Below, one piece after another: positions 1 to 14,400 of a stretch of DNA of 64,000 nt (the first letter of the stretch is position 1; the number at the start of each line of letters is the position of its first letter). The DNA is from Magallana gigas (taxonomy: Eukaryota). The notes under the pieces were generated by a model. The model was not told where the DNA came from. It made no database searches and worked only from the letters and a program-made list of their open reading frames with translations. The translations under genes and the position numbers were made by a program. Location: the NCBI RefSeq assembly GCF_963853765.1, contig NC_088860.1, positions 6,262,001 through 6,326,000 on the forward strand, written 5' to 3'.

Positions 1-172
1 GCTTTCTTTGATGATTCACGTGGGTTATGAAGGTAGCGATCATTGTAGAAAAAAATTAAAAAACTGGCTATCGCGGGTTATGTATTTTTAGTTATGTCGC
101 TACCTTCATATCCCGAATGAATCACCAAAAAAAAGCAGCATTTTATTGTTTAAATAATGAAAGTCATAAATC
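1..172. mobile_element. Short palindromic MITE-like element, truncated at the window start; further copies at ~43727-43890 and ~51312-51442
   Basis: Internal inverted arms (GCTTTCTTTG..GATTCA..GGGTTATGAAGGTAGCGA / TCGCTACCTTCATATCCC..TGAATCACC..AGCATTTTATTGTTTAAATA). The same sequence recurs twice more in the window. Confidence 0.7.
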
Positions 173-790
173 TCGATTTCCGTTTTCGTTATGAAATAGA
201 ACGGAATTTTAGATACACCTACATGTATATATTGTAATGGTTTAACACACATAGTAAACATGTTAACCATTCTTAGATTTAATGTTTGAATACTGCAAGA
301 TGAAAAAGAACATATTAAGATGAATACATGTCAAAGGATTTACAAAGACACCATTGTTTTGCAGTAGTTGCTATGCAATTGATCAAACATCAGTATAATG
401 TTTCAAGTAATGTTAAACTCACCGACCTTGGTTAGATTGCGATTTCAAGCGACTTGAAGTTTGCCAGAAGTTTGAAATTTATGATGACAGATAACATTTT
501 TGACGGCTTTGTATCTTCTTGCGTTAGGAAAGATACGTAAAGATACATGTACAAAAATTCATTGAGGAAGTTGATTTATTAATCAATAAGTATTTACCTT
601 CCCAAACGTAAAGTTTATCAATTGAAAGAGAAAAGGACATTTCATTGTGCAATTATAAATGCTTAAAACAAAATGACATTTGTCGTCCTACCACAAAAAC
701 CATTAAACTCAGCGTAAGTTCAATCACTGTAACACCTCACTGAACTTAGCCTCACCACAGTGAACATTAATTTGTACGTTTGAATTGATA

Positions 791-842
791 TATAAACCTG
801 CTTTGATTTCGATCCAACATGTTCTTTAGATATATCAAAGCA
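791..842 (+). promoter_or_regulatory. TATA box and probable non-coding exon 1 of Gly/Tyr-rich gene 1
   Basis: TATAAA at 791-796, followed by ...TCAAAGCA|GTTAAAT. Resembles TATAAAA (6221) ...TCAAAGCAG|GTATAG upstream of paralog 2. Confidence 0.5.
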
Positions 843-1436
843 GTTAAATTTGGATTAGATGGTTTTTAAACTTATTTTTCAACTTTAAAAGCTTAAAGAA
901 ATGTTCTCAACTTCATTTTCACTATATTTTTCTTAGAAAAAAAAAAAAAACCAAACATGCTTCTTAACATTTATTTCATTTATCAATTTTTCAAAGCCAT
1001 TTTCACAATGTTTTTAAACATTGATATACTTGATATACATATATCGACATGCATTTAATTTTCAGATCTTGGTTTCTTAACATGATCAATTATTTTTTAT
1101 ATTCAACCTGTTTATGTTATGTGCGTTTTGGGTTTTTTTCACCATCTTCATTATTAACATTTTAAAAGAATTCCAGTGATGAAGAAAAGGTTTACACGTC
1201 TGTTTAGTCCTTACCATTTAATATTCTTAAATGATATTAGATTTGACATTATAACTGAAAACCAACTTATACACAATGTAACTTTATTCAAATTTTTTTA
1301 GATAGTTTTAAAAATAAAATGCAGTAATTAGATCAAACCAAGAATTATTGTTTCTTTAAAAATATTGTTCAAACATCACATTAAGTGCTTGACAATGGTT
1401 AAAAATGTAGATATGTTTCTATCATTTAGGACCAAA

Positions 1437-2228
1437 ATGATTTCCCGCTTACTCTTTGCCATCCTCCTTGGGCTGACCTGTGCCACCTATCCAACTTACA
1501 CCACAGGTGGATCATATCTTCCTTATACAGCAGGTAGAATCCAGGGTCTAGGATTTCAAACCCTTCCTTATTCCACCGCTAAAATAGGAAATTTTGGCCT
1601 ACAAACCTATTTTCCCAGCACGTACAACACATTTGGCAATGGATACTACCCATCATCATCCTACCTATTCAACGCTGCTTCCTATCCAACTGTGGTCAGC
1701 CATTATCTGTACTTCCCCGGTGGAAACCCATGGGAACCTGGTAGGAACTTTATTGATCTGAGAGTAAACCCCTATCCCTGGTACTTGGGATATTATGGAG
1801 GACTTGGTGACGCTGGGTTTGGAAGCACCACTCTTCCAGGAAGTTATGGAACGTTTGGAGGTTCTTTGGGCTACCCCGCTGGTTTTGGTGGATTTCTCTC
1901 TAACGGATTAACTGATATTCCAACCGTTGGGTTTCCAACTGGTTCCAATTTTGGTCTTGATCCGTCTTTCTCAACTCTTACTGGCAGTCTCGGGTTTGGA
2001 ATTGGTGGAAATATAGGAGGAAACATCCATAGAAGTAAGCGATGTGATTCTCAGGTCACTTTATTGTTAAACAATGATAGTAGTTTAAAAAAAGTGTTAT
2101 TTTTTTAAAAAACGTCGTCAATATATCTTTCTAGACATTCAGATTTGATGCATTTTTCATTATTTTGTTTTATAATAATTTCAACAAGAATAACAAATTT
2201 GTCGTATCTTTCAGAGAAAGTATACTAA
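1437..2228 (+). CDS. Secreted Gly/Tyr/Phe/Pro-rich shematrin-like protein, copy 1 (203 aa). Coding exons 1437-2034 and 2215-2228
   Basis: Acceptor TTTAG at 1429, ATG at 1437, signal peptide MISRLLFAILLGLTCA. Donor A|GTAAGC at 2035 and acceptor TTTCAG at 2214 give a C-terminus HRKKVY*. AATAAA at 2285. Combined length 612 nt is in frame. Confidence 0.85.
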
Positions 2229-2731
2229 AGAAAAATGAAAGACTGGAGCATTGGAATGTTCTTATATTTTTGTACAATATGTAGAATAAACTAGTGTCAA
2301 TGTGTCTTGTTCTTCTTTATTATCTGTTTAATGCAATATTTACCTCTCAGAAAATATCAACCTTACTATACATGTATATATAGATAATATTAGAATTAGT
2401 AAAAGAAAATTATTATCATTTCGTTTTGCTACTCCTTTTGCAAAGTACTGTCTCAAAAACACAGTTTGTCACTTAAAAACGGTTCATATTAGTTGATAAA
2501 ATTAATTATACTGCATCGAGTGTAAAGTGACTTATTAAAATATACAGAGCAGTACTGTCTACAAAATATAAGGTTCGATATAAAACGTTTAAGTTATATC
2601 ATAATGTTCAAAAAACTTTCATAGCGTAAGATCCTTCAAAACAGAAACAGACTTTAATAATTGCAAAAAAACCCAAAACAAAACAAAAAACAAACAAACA
2701 AACAAATGTTCATTCCTTATTGAGCAATCAA

Positions 2732-2928
2732 TACTGTACATAGGGTTATTTTTGAACTAAGTGTTATTTTCGCCCTTTTTCACTTGAAAACTGTTTCGTC
2801 CAGGCAAAGTTGTGTTTGAAGAAAGATAAATTGAGTCATTGGAATTGCCCAGTCGTAAATTTTCTCACTGACAACAAGGGCGAGAGGGGCAAAATTATTA
2901 GGGGGCAAATATTTCGCTGTCGACAGTA
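2732..2928. mobile_element. TACTGTA...CAGTA-ended MITE; related copies at ~23897-24116 and ~30770-30980
   Basis: TACTGTA(T/C)A..GGGTTATTTT / AAAATAACCCTGTATACAGTA-type termini and a shared core (CCCTCGTTGTCAG, GGGCGAA) in three places. Confidence 0.65.
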
Positions 2929-3497
2929 CCCAAATCGCACTTCTCGTGAATCGCAGCGGTTTAATTATTTTACATAGGAAGTTGGAATTTCAGAATAGAA
3001 CATATCATAACTCAGAATACCTCAATCACATTAACACTATGAAGAAACTAAATAAAGTCCTAACGTTAATACATTTTCAGTTAGTAATTATAAATAGCGT
3101 TGTATAGTTGTCTAACTAGAAAAATAGTGAGTATTCTATAACTTTGTAAGTTTAATTTATGTTACTCTTACGTATGCAGTAAATTTGTACTTCCAGAAAA
3201 TATTTTTGCTTACTAACTGTACGATTTATAATGCTACAAATTATGTAATAAAGTGGAATCATTTTGTTTACTAACTTTGTATGTGTTATTTTTAATACTA
3301 CAAAGTATGTAAAATAGCTGTATATCTGCTATGTATAGGACATTATGCTGCAAAAGTTAACAGAAACTTTATACATGATCTGAATTTGAAGTTTCATTAA
3401 GATGTTTTATCTGCAATATTACCGTAGAATTATTTGCAAAATCACAGTTCCTACTGTATGGAGAATAGATTGCCTGCATTTTTTTGTCCTAATACAT

Positions 3498-3779
3498 AAC
3501 AAAAGGCTCGAGGCCCACATTGCTCACCTGAGCGATTTGGCCGAGTACTTTGATCAAAGCAGCTTTATGAAGACCAATACAAAAATATTAATACAAAATG
3601 TTTTTTGCTGTTTTTCTTCTCGTTGTTTTAACATTTTAAAATCCAAAACTATATCAGGATGCATTGATACATATAAAAAAAACTTTACAAATTGTAGCAT
3701 GGTAATTTATTAATAGCATGTTTTAAAGACTGTTACCATTCCTACCTACATTGATTCTTTAACCTCTTCAAGGAGCTAA
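3498..3779 (-). mobile_element. Degenerate Helentron/HINE-like remnant
   Basis: AACAAAAGGCTCGAGGCCCACATTGCTCACCTGAG resembles the reverse-oriented 3' end (hairpin + GCTCACCTG subterminal repeat) of bivalve non-autonomous Helentrons, as I recall them. Confidence 0.45.
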
Positions 3780-3809
3780 GTAATAGTTTGCAAGTTAATT
3801 TATATTTTG

Positions 3810-4405
3810 AAGGTGGTATGGGACACCTCCATATTATGATGTACTATTTATCGAAATAAACAATAAAGTGAAGTGTAATTTATTGAAAACAGTAAAACTC
3901 GGTTATAGCGAAGTCCTAGGGACCATGTTTTCTATAAACCAGACGATAATTTTTGCTAATTGAGGCTTAGAAAGAAAATACATTGTTTTAAAACCTTTAA
4001 AATCGAATTGTAAATCCTAGAATTTATGCAAAATAAATTCATTAAATTAAAAGGTAGTGCAAACTTTTTAACTGTAAACAAACTCGTTATAAAAGTGTTA
4101 AATTTCGTTATTATTCAATTCTATAGTCGAGAATTCGCTATATCGGTGTTCGTACTAAACGAGTTTTACTGTATTTTCTTTCTCAAAATTAGTATAGCGC
4201 AAAGTTAGAGTTGGAGCGTTCACTTAAAATCTGTAAATCTTGAATTCGAATTCCGCTGATATTTGGTTAATTTTTACATTCTAAAAAGTTTTAAAACATA
4301 TTTTTGGGTTAAATATTTTATTTTGAACCTCTAACTGGTGAAAGTATCTTGATTATAATGCACTTTTATCCATATTATTATCGACAAGTGTCCCATACCA
4401 CATAA
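3810..4405. mobile_element. Non-autonomous DNA element with GGTGGTATGGGACAC TIRs (Kolobok-like family), containing a tRNA-like fragment at ~4193-4260
   Basis: AAGGTGGTATGGGACACC at 3810 and GTGTCCCATACCAC at 4388-4401. Same TIR as the TTAA-flanked copy at 26979-27148. Confidence 0.65.
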
Positions 4406-6220
4406 AATATATAATGACATATGCTAATAACGAACAGTGTTTAAAATTTAAAGTCCAAAGGAAAAACAAAACAGGAGCAAAGCAAACATGGACCTCTAAA
4501 ACAATTTAGAGGTAAGATCAGGTGCAATGGAGGAGTAACCATCCTCTGCCAACTGGTAACTGTTCGAACAATTAAAAATTAATATCAGGATGGTTCCACA
4601 ATAAAATCATACATTTCAACTTTACCCTCAGTATATGAGTTCTGAACATTTATCTATATTTTATTCTTCATTGATTGTATAGAGGTTTCTAAAAATCATG
4701 CCGCAAAATAAATCGTGAATTTTGTTGCAATAAACTCTCTTTTTCTCGTTTACTTTGATATTCTCTATTACATATTTCACAATATAAATCATCTCATATA
4801 TCTTTTCCCAGACCTAAACATTAAGATTCAGTAACTCACTTTTTTTTTTATAAACAAGAGTACAAATTGTGACTTGAATATTATCTTATTAAGAAGAGAG
4901 CTACTTACGTGTTAGAACTAGTGCCAAATCACATTGTTAATATAGGTTATGTCATATGTTATTTCTCATGTAAATATATAAGAATTAAACATGGAGTAAA
5001 CAATATTTCATACTAACATTCAATCACAAATAGAGGTATAATTTTGTTCATTTAGCTACCGATGGACCGTTTAAACTCAGTTTTCAATCGAAATAATACA
5101 GCAATCATTAGAGTAATATTCAAGTACAAAAAGATGGTAAATAATGCTCTTTAAAATCAAAAGTTATGGTAAATTATTTAACAGATTACACATCAGGTTT
5201 GCCTTAAAATTTGTTGTACACCGTATAACAGTGAATTTCTGTCTGAATAGTGACCCTGTCCTTCCAATGAATGAAAAATAATAGAATGGGTACAATACAC
5301 AATGTGAATATGAGACTTGTGTACATATCAGGTGATTCAATTTATCGCCAAATTCTCAACAGCTGAATTGGGGATTTACCGACCAGAAATTAGATTCGAA
5401 AATACAACTTACAAAATATTACATGTATTGTGAAAAATAAAGGTAAATGACATTTAAAGTCACGTCAAACACTCTTACATTAATCTGTCTCACGTGACGT
5501 CCCATTTTTCGCCTTTCATAAAAAGATAGATTCTGACAAAATGCATTGAACAGTTAAAGGAGAAAAATGTATCTAAATGCGCTCGTGTAGTTTAAAAGCT
5601 TATCTGAAAGTCTACCGAGATTGTAAACAGTGTACCCCTACCATAAATAATGATAAATAATAATTATGTAAATAATGATAAATAATGATTTATTTCTCCC
5701 ATTTGATTGATTTTTTAGGGGGTGGGGTAAGAAAGGGATTCTTGAAGAGTGCATGTATCAAAAATAAGGTATATGCAAAACAAAACAAAAATTCTCGCCA
5801 ATTTACTGAGAGGCCGTATCAAACATTACCCTTTGAATATTTCATATATCTTTTTACAGAACTCTTCGTCTCAAAAAGATAAGTAAAGTCTAAACATAGC
5901 CATGCCTATTTGGCCCACTTTGAAAATGCGATTGATCTCGTGTAAATGTTACTACATGTGCTTTACACAAAAAGCATTTTGGAAATAAATGTATAAACCA
6001 ATGATTTATTGATGAATGGGTTAACGAACCCATAAAATATCGAAACCGTGATTGAGAAAAGGACATTTCATTGTTCAAATTTTAAACTATGTTGTGAACA
6101 TATGTCATTTTTGTTTTGCCTACCGCACAAATTATTAAACCTACCATCATTTTAATCATTCTACCACCTCATAGATCATCGTCTCATCACAAGGAACATT
6201 GAGTTGCACTGTTGAAATGG

Positions 6221-6277
6221 TATAAAAACCAGTTTAAAGTTGAATGAAATATGCTTTATCGGAGATTTTCAAAGCAG
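6221..6277 (+). promoter_or_regulatory. TATA box and non-coding exon 1 of Gly/Tyr-rich gene 2
   Basis: TATAAAA at 6221-6227 and donor CAAAGCAG|GTATAG at 6278. Homologous to 791-843. Confidence 0.55.
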
Positions 6278-8189
6278 GTATAGTAATTCTTTTTAACTGA
6301 AATTATATTGTAGATATTTTTTAATCTAAAATCATGCAATTTATTTTATTACAGTATAAACTTAGAGTTTTAATTCAATAACCAAAGCTTAAGGTACTTA
6401 ATGAAATGTAATGAATATATCAAAATACTATGTTTTGTGGTCATTGATTGCATTCTGATAAATTACTCGTAAATAGTTTTACACCGAACATCAAAAAAAT
6501 GCTGATGTCTCTGAAAACTCTAAAGTAAAGAATATTTGAAGTCTTAAAGAATAGTTAAAAAAAGTGTTAAAATTCCATTATCGGTAATTCTATTATACGG
6601 ATTTGTTTATTCGTACCATATTCCGCCAAATTCTAATAATCTTTTACTGTTAATGGGCCGGCAATGAATAAAGACAGTCACTTTTACCAGATTTCGTTAA
6701 TGATGTACATTTCTAGACTATGTAATATAATATGATAATATGATAAAATGAATATAACATAATTGTATGATATCAAGTCATAAAATACATTTATACATTA
6801 TTACGATAGAATTATCTTTAAATACATGTCCATTGATACATATATATATATATATATATACAATTTACATTCTTTCCAAAATCAGCAAGCTCTTACCAAA
6901 AGTCGGGTTCCAAACACTGGTCAATTATCTTCTACGTTTGATGTAAATTCATCTGAATATTAAAGATATAACTGAATACTTGTTCGTTACATATATTTCC
7001 TATTCACGATATAAAACATTTCCTTAGAAACATTTCTTACTATATATTAGGCTGCATTTACTATTTTTGTCCTACAGAATTATCTACGTCTGACATAATG
7101 AAGAATGCACTTTTACTTATCAGATTTTTCTACATCTGATAATTACAATATTTACAAAATAATTCCTTTTTAATTCTTAATCCTGATAGGTTTTTTTTAA
7201 ATTAATCTCATCTTCTAAAATGTTGGTAAATGGCTCAAATAGAAACTTACATTGTCTGGATGTCTTTAAGTCTTCAGAATAGATCATGAAAATATCAGCT
7301 TCTCTCTTGGAAATCAAAAAGTGATCTATTTGAACACTGTTCACAAGACACTGAAAACTCCTGACCAATAAAACCAGAGAAGTTTTAAAATCAACCAATG
7401 AATGTAAAATGTTTGAATGTGTGTGTGGATTTCAAACTGTGTGTGGAAAGCTCTCACTTAATACTTGTTAGTAGCAGGAAGAATTCGAACTAAAATATAT
7501 TTTATTTTTATTTATTACTTATTAATTAAAACACATCTACAACCACAATGTTTGGCTTCTGGTTCCACGAAGATCTAAATCATAAAGGTAAAGGCAGTCA
7601 CCGATGTACCAGTGCAGTATTTTTTTTTAATTTGATCTCAAACTTGTACATCTATTTCATTATATCAATACTGGGCAAATTTGTAATTATTTTTAAAAAT
7701 ACATGCATATCATCAATATTCTTCTTTTAATTTTATTTCACATATAGAGTTTAAAATAAAGTGAATAACATTTTATTTATGAAAAATACTTTGACGCTGA
7801 GGGTAAAAAACCACAAAAATAACAAATACACTAAAACTTCGTTGAAACTCATTTTTAGTTAAATTTAGGCTATATTTTCCCTCTCAAGTACATAGCACGA
7901 CAAATCTAAGCACATGTTTCAAATCAACATCAAATTTTTAACATCAGCACGTTTCAATGTTCATAATTCAATTTATACAGATTCATTTTCAAGCATTTAG
8001 TGTATCATTTTTTTTTTGTCAGAGAATAGTAATTAACTGTAACTGTAATAAAAAATTGATAGTAATAATGATGATAGATCTGAAATACTATACATTTTTC
8101 TATAACAGAAACTTTCTTTTCTAGCATAAGTGAATGTATGTGAAGCATCACCTGAAAAAGTAAATATTTCTTTTACTTTAAGGAACAAA

Positions 8190-9004
8190 ATGATTTCCCT
8201 CTTACACTTTGCTACCCTCCTTGGGCTGACCTGTGCCACCTATCCAACTTACACCACAGGTGGATCATATCTTCCTTATACAGCAGGTAGAATCCAGGGT
8301 TTAGGATTCCAAACCCTCCCTTATTCTACTGGTGGGATAGGAAATGTGGGACTTCAAACCTACTTTCCAAGCACGTACAACACATTTGGCAATGGATATT
8401 ACCCATCATCAACCTACCTATTCAACACTGCTTCCTATCCAACTGTGGTCAGCCATTATTTGTACTTTCCCGCTGGAAATCCATGGCAACCAGGTAGGAA
8501 CTTCATTGATCTGAGAGTAAACCCCTATCCTTGGTACTTGGGATATTATGGAGGACTTGGAACTGGATTTGGAAGCACCACTTTCCCAGGAACATATGAA
8601 ACATCTGGAAGTTCTTTAGGCTATCCCACTGGCGGATTTCTCAATAATGGATTAACGGGATTTCCCACCGCTGGGTTTCCAACTGGTTACAACTTCGGAC
8701 TTAATCCTTCATACACCACATTCACAGGAAATCTCGGATTCGGAAACTACGGATATCCCGGAACAGGAGTTGGGGGGTATTATCCAACCGGAAATCTAGG
8801 AGGACAAATCCACAGAAGTAAGTGACTATTTTTCTAAAAACTGTTGATCATTTTATAAGTTAAGAAAAAATGTAAACTTTTTCTTCAGACAGAAGCTTCC
8901 TTTTTAGATAATTAACATCAAGATATATAAATACAGAAGGGTTTTATTTGAATGAATAAAATTAATCAACAAATGTCTTATTTCTTTTAGAAAAAATATA
9001 TTGA
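8190..9004 (+). CDS. Secreted Gly/Tyr-rich shematrin-like protein, copy 2 (213 aa). Coding exons 8190-8817 and 8991-9004
   Basis: Acceptor at 8182, ATG at 8190, signal peptide MISLLHFATLLGLTCA. Donor A|GTAAGT at 8818 and acceptor TTCTTTTAG at 8990 give HRKKIY*. AATAAA at 9066. The N-terminal half aligns closely with copy 1. Confidence 0.85.
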
Positions 9005-11400
9005 GGAAGACCGAAACCGATGGAAGACGCTGTGAAGTTTTGTTATACTTTTATACGACGTGTAGAATAAATTAGTTCAAAGGTGTTGTCTTAGTTGTAT
9101 CAATATACCCATACCCGTCGGAAAATATACATTTGGGGGAAAACACACATTGGGCTTCGTGCATTGATCCAGCTATTACTTTAAGCTACATTTTAGTTGG
9201 TATTTTGTTTTCTTTACAGTTTTAACTTCAGTGTGTTGTTAAAAATGTATAAAAATGATATCTTTTACCACTTGAACAAAAACACAAGTACACATTGATG
9301 TATTTTAAGTGGATGTACCAGTAGCAACTGATATAATACTAACTTTGCTTCATCTTATATGTGGTTTTGACCTTACATAGTAATGCAAGAGTTCAAGACT
9401 TATTCTTGCTACATTACTTGGTATAAGTATAGATATAAACATTGATAACCGTTTTACAGATACTCTTTACAGTTACGTCACCAGGAGCAGCTTGTTTTAA
9501 GACTGCGAACAATCCTTAGGCCATGTATTTAATCAACCTGAAAAAAAATTTAAGGTGGAAGGCTACATCGTCACAACATGTCTGACATCCATTTGCAACG
9601 CTATTTTCTTCCGAAATTATAACAATATGTCGGGGTACAAAATAGTTATACACCATTTAAATGAAGTCCTCTAACGAGGGAGATGAAATAGGAAAGAAAT
9701 CACCAAAACGCTTAGAAAATAAGTCAATTTTCTGAGAGGTTAAAGCTTTCAACTTACATTGATAATCAGCTGTTTTGTACGGGAAAACGTAAAATCTAAA
9801 TGATATACTGTTTCCCTGCTATTGGAAATACATTTTTGTCACGTCATCAGCAACAGACGATCATACGTATATAACGGATTATCGATAAAGGTAAGCAGAT
9901 AATATTTTCACTTAAACTATGTATGTAGGATGAATATTAAACTGAAGTACCGTAGTACGATCTCTTAAATTGATCTTAACTTCCCCAATGTAAAACGTTT
10001 GCGGTAAAAGACTTGCATTGAAAGTTTAACATTAAAGTAATGTATTTTAATCAAAATAGATATAGCTAGGTAGCGAAAACAGTAAGAAGCCCGAATTTGC
10101 AAACCAAATGATGAACCGACAAAATTCTGAAAAGGAGCATGTTTTTCACTACCACATATACATGTGTATCACTATGGACATCTAATGTATGTATCACAGT
10201 TGTTGTTTATAATTGCTATTGTATATTTAAAAAAAAAGTAAAAGGCAATTTAACTACTAACACATTGTTTTAAAGAATTAGATATATATAATGCATTCAT
10301 CAAAAATGTAATTTTTGAGATTCCAAACATTATCATAAGCACTACTTACCTTATATTTACATATTTAGCATAGACTTGTTCCTTTTTCTTTTTGATTTTT
10401 ATTAAAAAAAAAATCGGTGCCAAGATATTTGAGAAAATGTAAAATGAAAAAAGACAACTCCGAAACAGGATCTTTCATACCAAATCTTTCATATCAAGAT
10501 TTTGCAATAATTCAGTTTTTCTCTTTTTCATCTCATTAACCAACGAATATTTTATATACTTTTAGATTTTTGTGGGATTTCAGCAGTTTGCCTTGAAAGA
10601 TTTTTTTTGTATTTTAGTTTCATATTTAGATATAGTAATGTTGTTTATTTATTTATTTCTCATTTCTAAAATCTACAACATGCCACTTTCATAAGAATTT
10701 TAAATCAGAAATGTTTAAAAGTTTGACAAATAAGGGGTTATCTGGAACCAGACTGATATTTTAAAAATCCTCTTCTATATTGTACTTTGATATCTATTAT
10801 TGTTGAATACTGTACCTATAATTAGTAACAAATGCATGCAAAAAATTCTCCTACACTTATTTAATGTAGATATCCACCTTTACCGTACTTTGCAATTTAA
10901 ATACCATGCATGTCCCAATGTACTTAATCATGCATTGTTGATTCAGCATCATGCTATGTTCCGATTAGATTCTAATGCGGACGTGTAAAAAACCATAATG
11001 AGTTTTGTATTTTTTATACAGCCAAAATCTTGCACGCAGCAAATGCAATGTATAGTAAACTTAAATAAAATCGACCATGATATTTATTTTTGTTTATCTA
11101 TAAATATCGATAAACAATTTTTTTTTATAATAATGCATTTTAAATGTTTAAATTTTATAAGTTCAGCGAATGTGTATTATGTTCTGGAAATAAACATTTT
11201 CATATTTAAACAAAAAGATATCGCTTCAATCAGTCAATGACAGAGAGTAAATCAAGTTTGTAAACAATTTGAATAATTTAGTTTAAGGTAAACACAATGA
11301 TTAAATCGTTCGTTATAAAAGCAATCCCTGGATTTTCTACCAACTTATGCACGAAACTATAAAAAGCATCCAATGTTTAAAGCTTGAACTCTTTTTAAAT

Positions 11401-14400
11401 ATGGTTCTTAGTCAGTCTACTATTTATAAAGGAAAGCGCTTATTTCTTTTCCTATTAAGTTTAGTTACTTTCCCCAAACCCTGCATTTTATTACAAGAGG
11501 ATGGATACTTCTTACAGCTGAGTCGACTTCGCCTAAGAAGCCCTCATCAGCTGTCGTTTTCCTTGTTCAAGGAGACCCAGTGCTGTTTGAGATGCCTTCA
11601 ATACACAGGTTGCAAAAGTGTAAACTTTGACATGCGGGATGGAAGGTGTGAAATAAACTTTTTCGGACCCCAAAGTCACGGGGTCAAAACGGAAGTTAAT
11701 CAAACATGGGTTTTATATTACAAACCCAATGGTAAGCAGCGTGTTATTTTTAACGTGGTTTTAGTTTTTTCTTTAATTGTAATGCTAAAATGACCCTCAA
11801 TTTTGATTTATAATTTTTATATTTAATGTCCCGGAAATTTTGGTGTAAATTGAGACGTCACCTTCAGGAAATATTATGAAAAAATATGAAAAATATAGCT
11901 TTAAATAAACGAGCTACGCAATTAGTTATTTTAATAGGTGTCATCTGTCATCTAAAAATTATATATGTTAGGTGGCGCCGGAGTATTGCAAGCTAATGAT
12001 TGACAAATATCTTTTTAAGGGTTGATCCAAAAGTAATGTCATACAATGATTCGTACTACATATGGTATTTCAAAAAAATGATTATCAAAATTTGAAGAAT
12101 CACATTATAGTTATCTAGTTTTATTATTTAAGTTTGTTTAGAAGTAAAAGTGATATAAATGCCCTAAAAATATATTAGTAAATCAACGTTTTGTTTGAGG
12201 TTTTATTGCAAATTACACCTTTAAATTTTGATGAAACCTCATACAATAGGGACTTTGAAATTAAAATTATATATGTTAGATGGCGCCGGAGTATTACAAA
12301 CCAATGATTGACAAATATTTGTTAAGGGTTGATCCTAAAGTAATGCCAAACAATGATTCGTACTACATATGGTATAAAAATGATTATCAAAATTTGACTA
12401 ATCACATCATAGTTATCTAGTTATCTAGTTTTATTATTTAAGTTTGTAGTAATAAAAGTGTTATATATGTCCTAAACTTTATAAACATGTTATATTGACG
12501 TGATATATTAGTAAATCAACGTTTTGTTTGTGGTTTTATTTTAAATTACACCTTTAAATTTTGATAAAACTTCATACCTAGGGAGTTTGATAACAAATAT
12601 AGCAAGTACGCTATTAATTTTCATAACAGTAGTTGTTTATAATGGTTACTACACGGTGATTTTCATATCATATGTCAAAGAACAAAAAAGGCCAGAGATG
12701 CAAAAGAGATGCAATACATGTTTTTCTTGTTAAAATCGTTAGAAAATGTATTGGAAATTGATGTCTGGAAAAAAAAACTTCCGGCAGATGGCGATGATAC
12801 TTCTATTGAGGTAATTTATGTTATGCATTAAAATGTTCCGATCTGAATTAAAATAGGTAATTTTTTGCACATAACGAGTTGTTGTTGCTTTACGCCGATT
12901 TTGCATGATTTTGCGCATTCGTTACATTGAGTTTTTAACAAAGACATATTGATTTAAATACAAAACATTAATGATAAATGCCCTTTTTTTTTTATCTAGT
13001 ATGATGATTAAGTAGATGTTAATACTGGCTATACGTATGGCCTTACCAATTTCAGTTGAGCGTAAACGAGGGTTGATCCGAAAGTAGTGTCACATATGCA
13101 AATAAGTCTGTTATATCACCACAGATTTGTTCTTGAATGATACTTTATCAAACTTTTGTAAAAATTCATGGTCAGGGTTTGGTAAAGTTGAAACCAAATG
13201 ATTCATTTTGGGTGCAATTAAAGGTTTTAGTACAACTATTCTTATAATTTAGTTAATTTCCTTAAGTTTTATTGTCTCATTGTTTGTATAATGTCCAATA
13301 TTTTACTTTTGTTATTAAGTTATGACATTTACATTAATACAAAAATTCAGTTCCTAATAAATCAAAAATTGTATTATCCCTGGTCAGTTTCCATTTCGAG
13401 TGAGTAAAAACATCTTTTAATGTTTGGAGCTTTTCATTTTAATTTGTCTTATTTTTTCTGATATAAAAATGTAAAACTAGACATCAGTTGATGACATATA
13501 ATTATGTTTAATGTTATCTTATTAAAATAATTTTAAAAATAGAATAACAATTTTGATTTTGCCAATATTTTCATCCTTTTTTAAAATCACAACGCCCAAG
13601 AATCTTTTTGTGACATTACTTTTTGACCAACTCCTCTTGTGTGCTAATTTGATGAAAAAATTTGTAGAAGAATGTTATTTTTCTCTTGATTTAAGATAAA
13701 AGGGAAACAAAAAAAGCACACACAACAACTTTTACACATAATGCCACATATGATAAATTTGTTAATTTCTTTAGCCGAGGATAGGGAGCTAATGCTTCGC
13801 GCAACTGCCGGAAATGGAATCAGCGTCAGAGACACATGGTTAGGAACAACCAAACCACCTCCTGCCGAAGACGCGTGTATCTCTATGGCAACTGGGGCTT
13901 GCTCTACACACTATCGGAATCCAAATGTCGATCTTTGGAACACTCTTCCTATAGTTCAGGTTATTGATTTGATTTAAAACGTTACTTTAAAATTTGACTA
14001 AAAGGCCTAAAGTTCAAGCGGGTTTTCTTCAAAGAATTTAGTGGCTAAAACTTGTAGAATGTTGACAAGAAGAACATTTTTGTATATTTGAATCACGCTC
14101 GATTGGCGGAGGGGGTTCCAATAATTCACAATATGAAGCATTGCCAGCCATTTAACTCAGTGTTAACTGAAATGTCTGGACAGGTGAATAACTGACAGAG
14201 ATACAACATTCAGTCACCTGTCAGTTAATTTTCTGCTACATTATAATTACCTTTAAGTTGAATAAAATATTTTTATTAAGTTCATCTTCTTAAGAAATGA
14301 ATCGGAAGCAATGACTTATGAAATTAACATGAAGGCAAAAAAGCAAAAAGGTATAGAGAATGTTTTTATTCATATCATAACTCCTGAAATGTAGAAAAGC

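Noticed and set aside
1365-2108. ORF-track start (1365) and C-terminus RSKRCDSQ... for gene 1; likewise the extended ends at 8130, 20554-21009 and 33554-34222
   Set aside because: The upstream extensions cross splice acceptors and precede the signal-peptide Met. The downstream extensions are intron read-through past conserved donors.
4480-4560. Short GC-richer stretch (CATGGACCTCT...AGAGGTAAGATCAGGTGC...GGAGGAGTAACCATCC) resembling a common oyster repeat
   Set aside because: Too short to classify; no ribozyme core or ORF could be confirmed.
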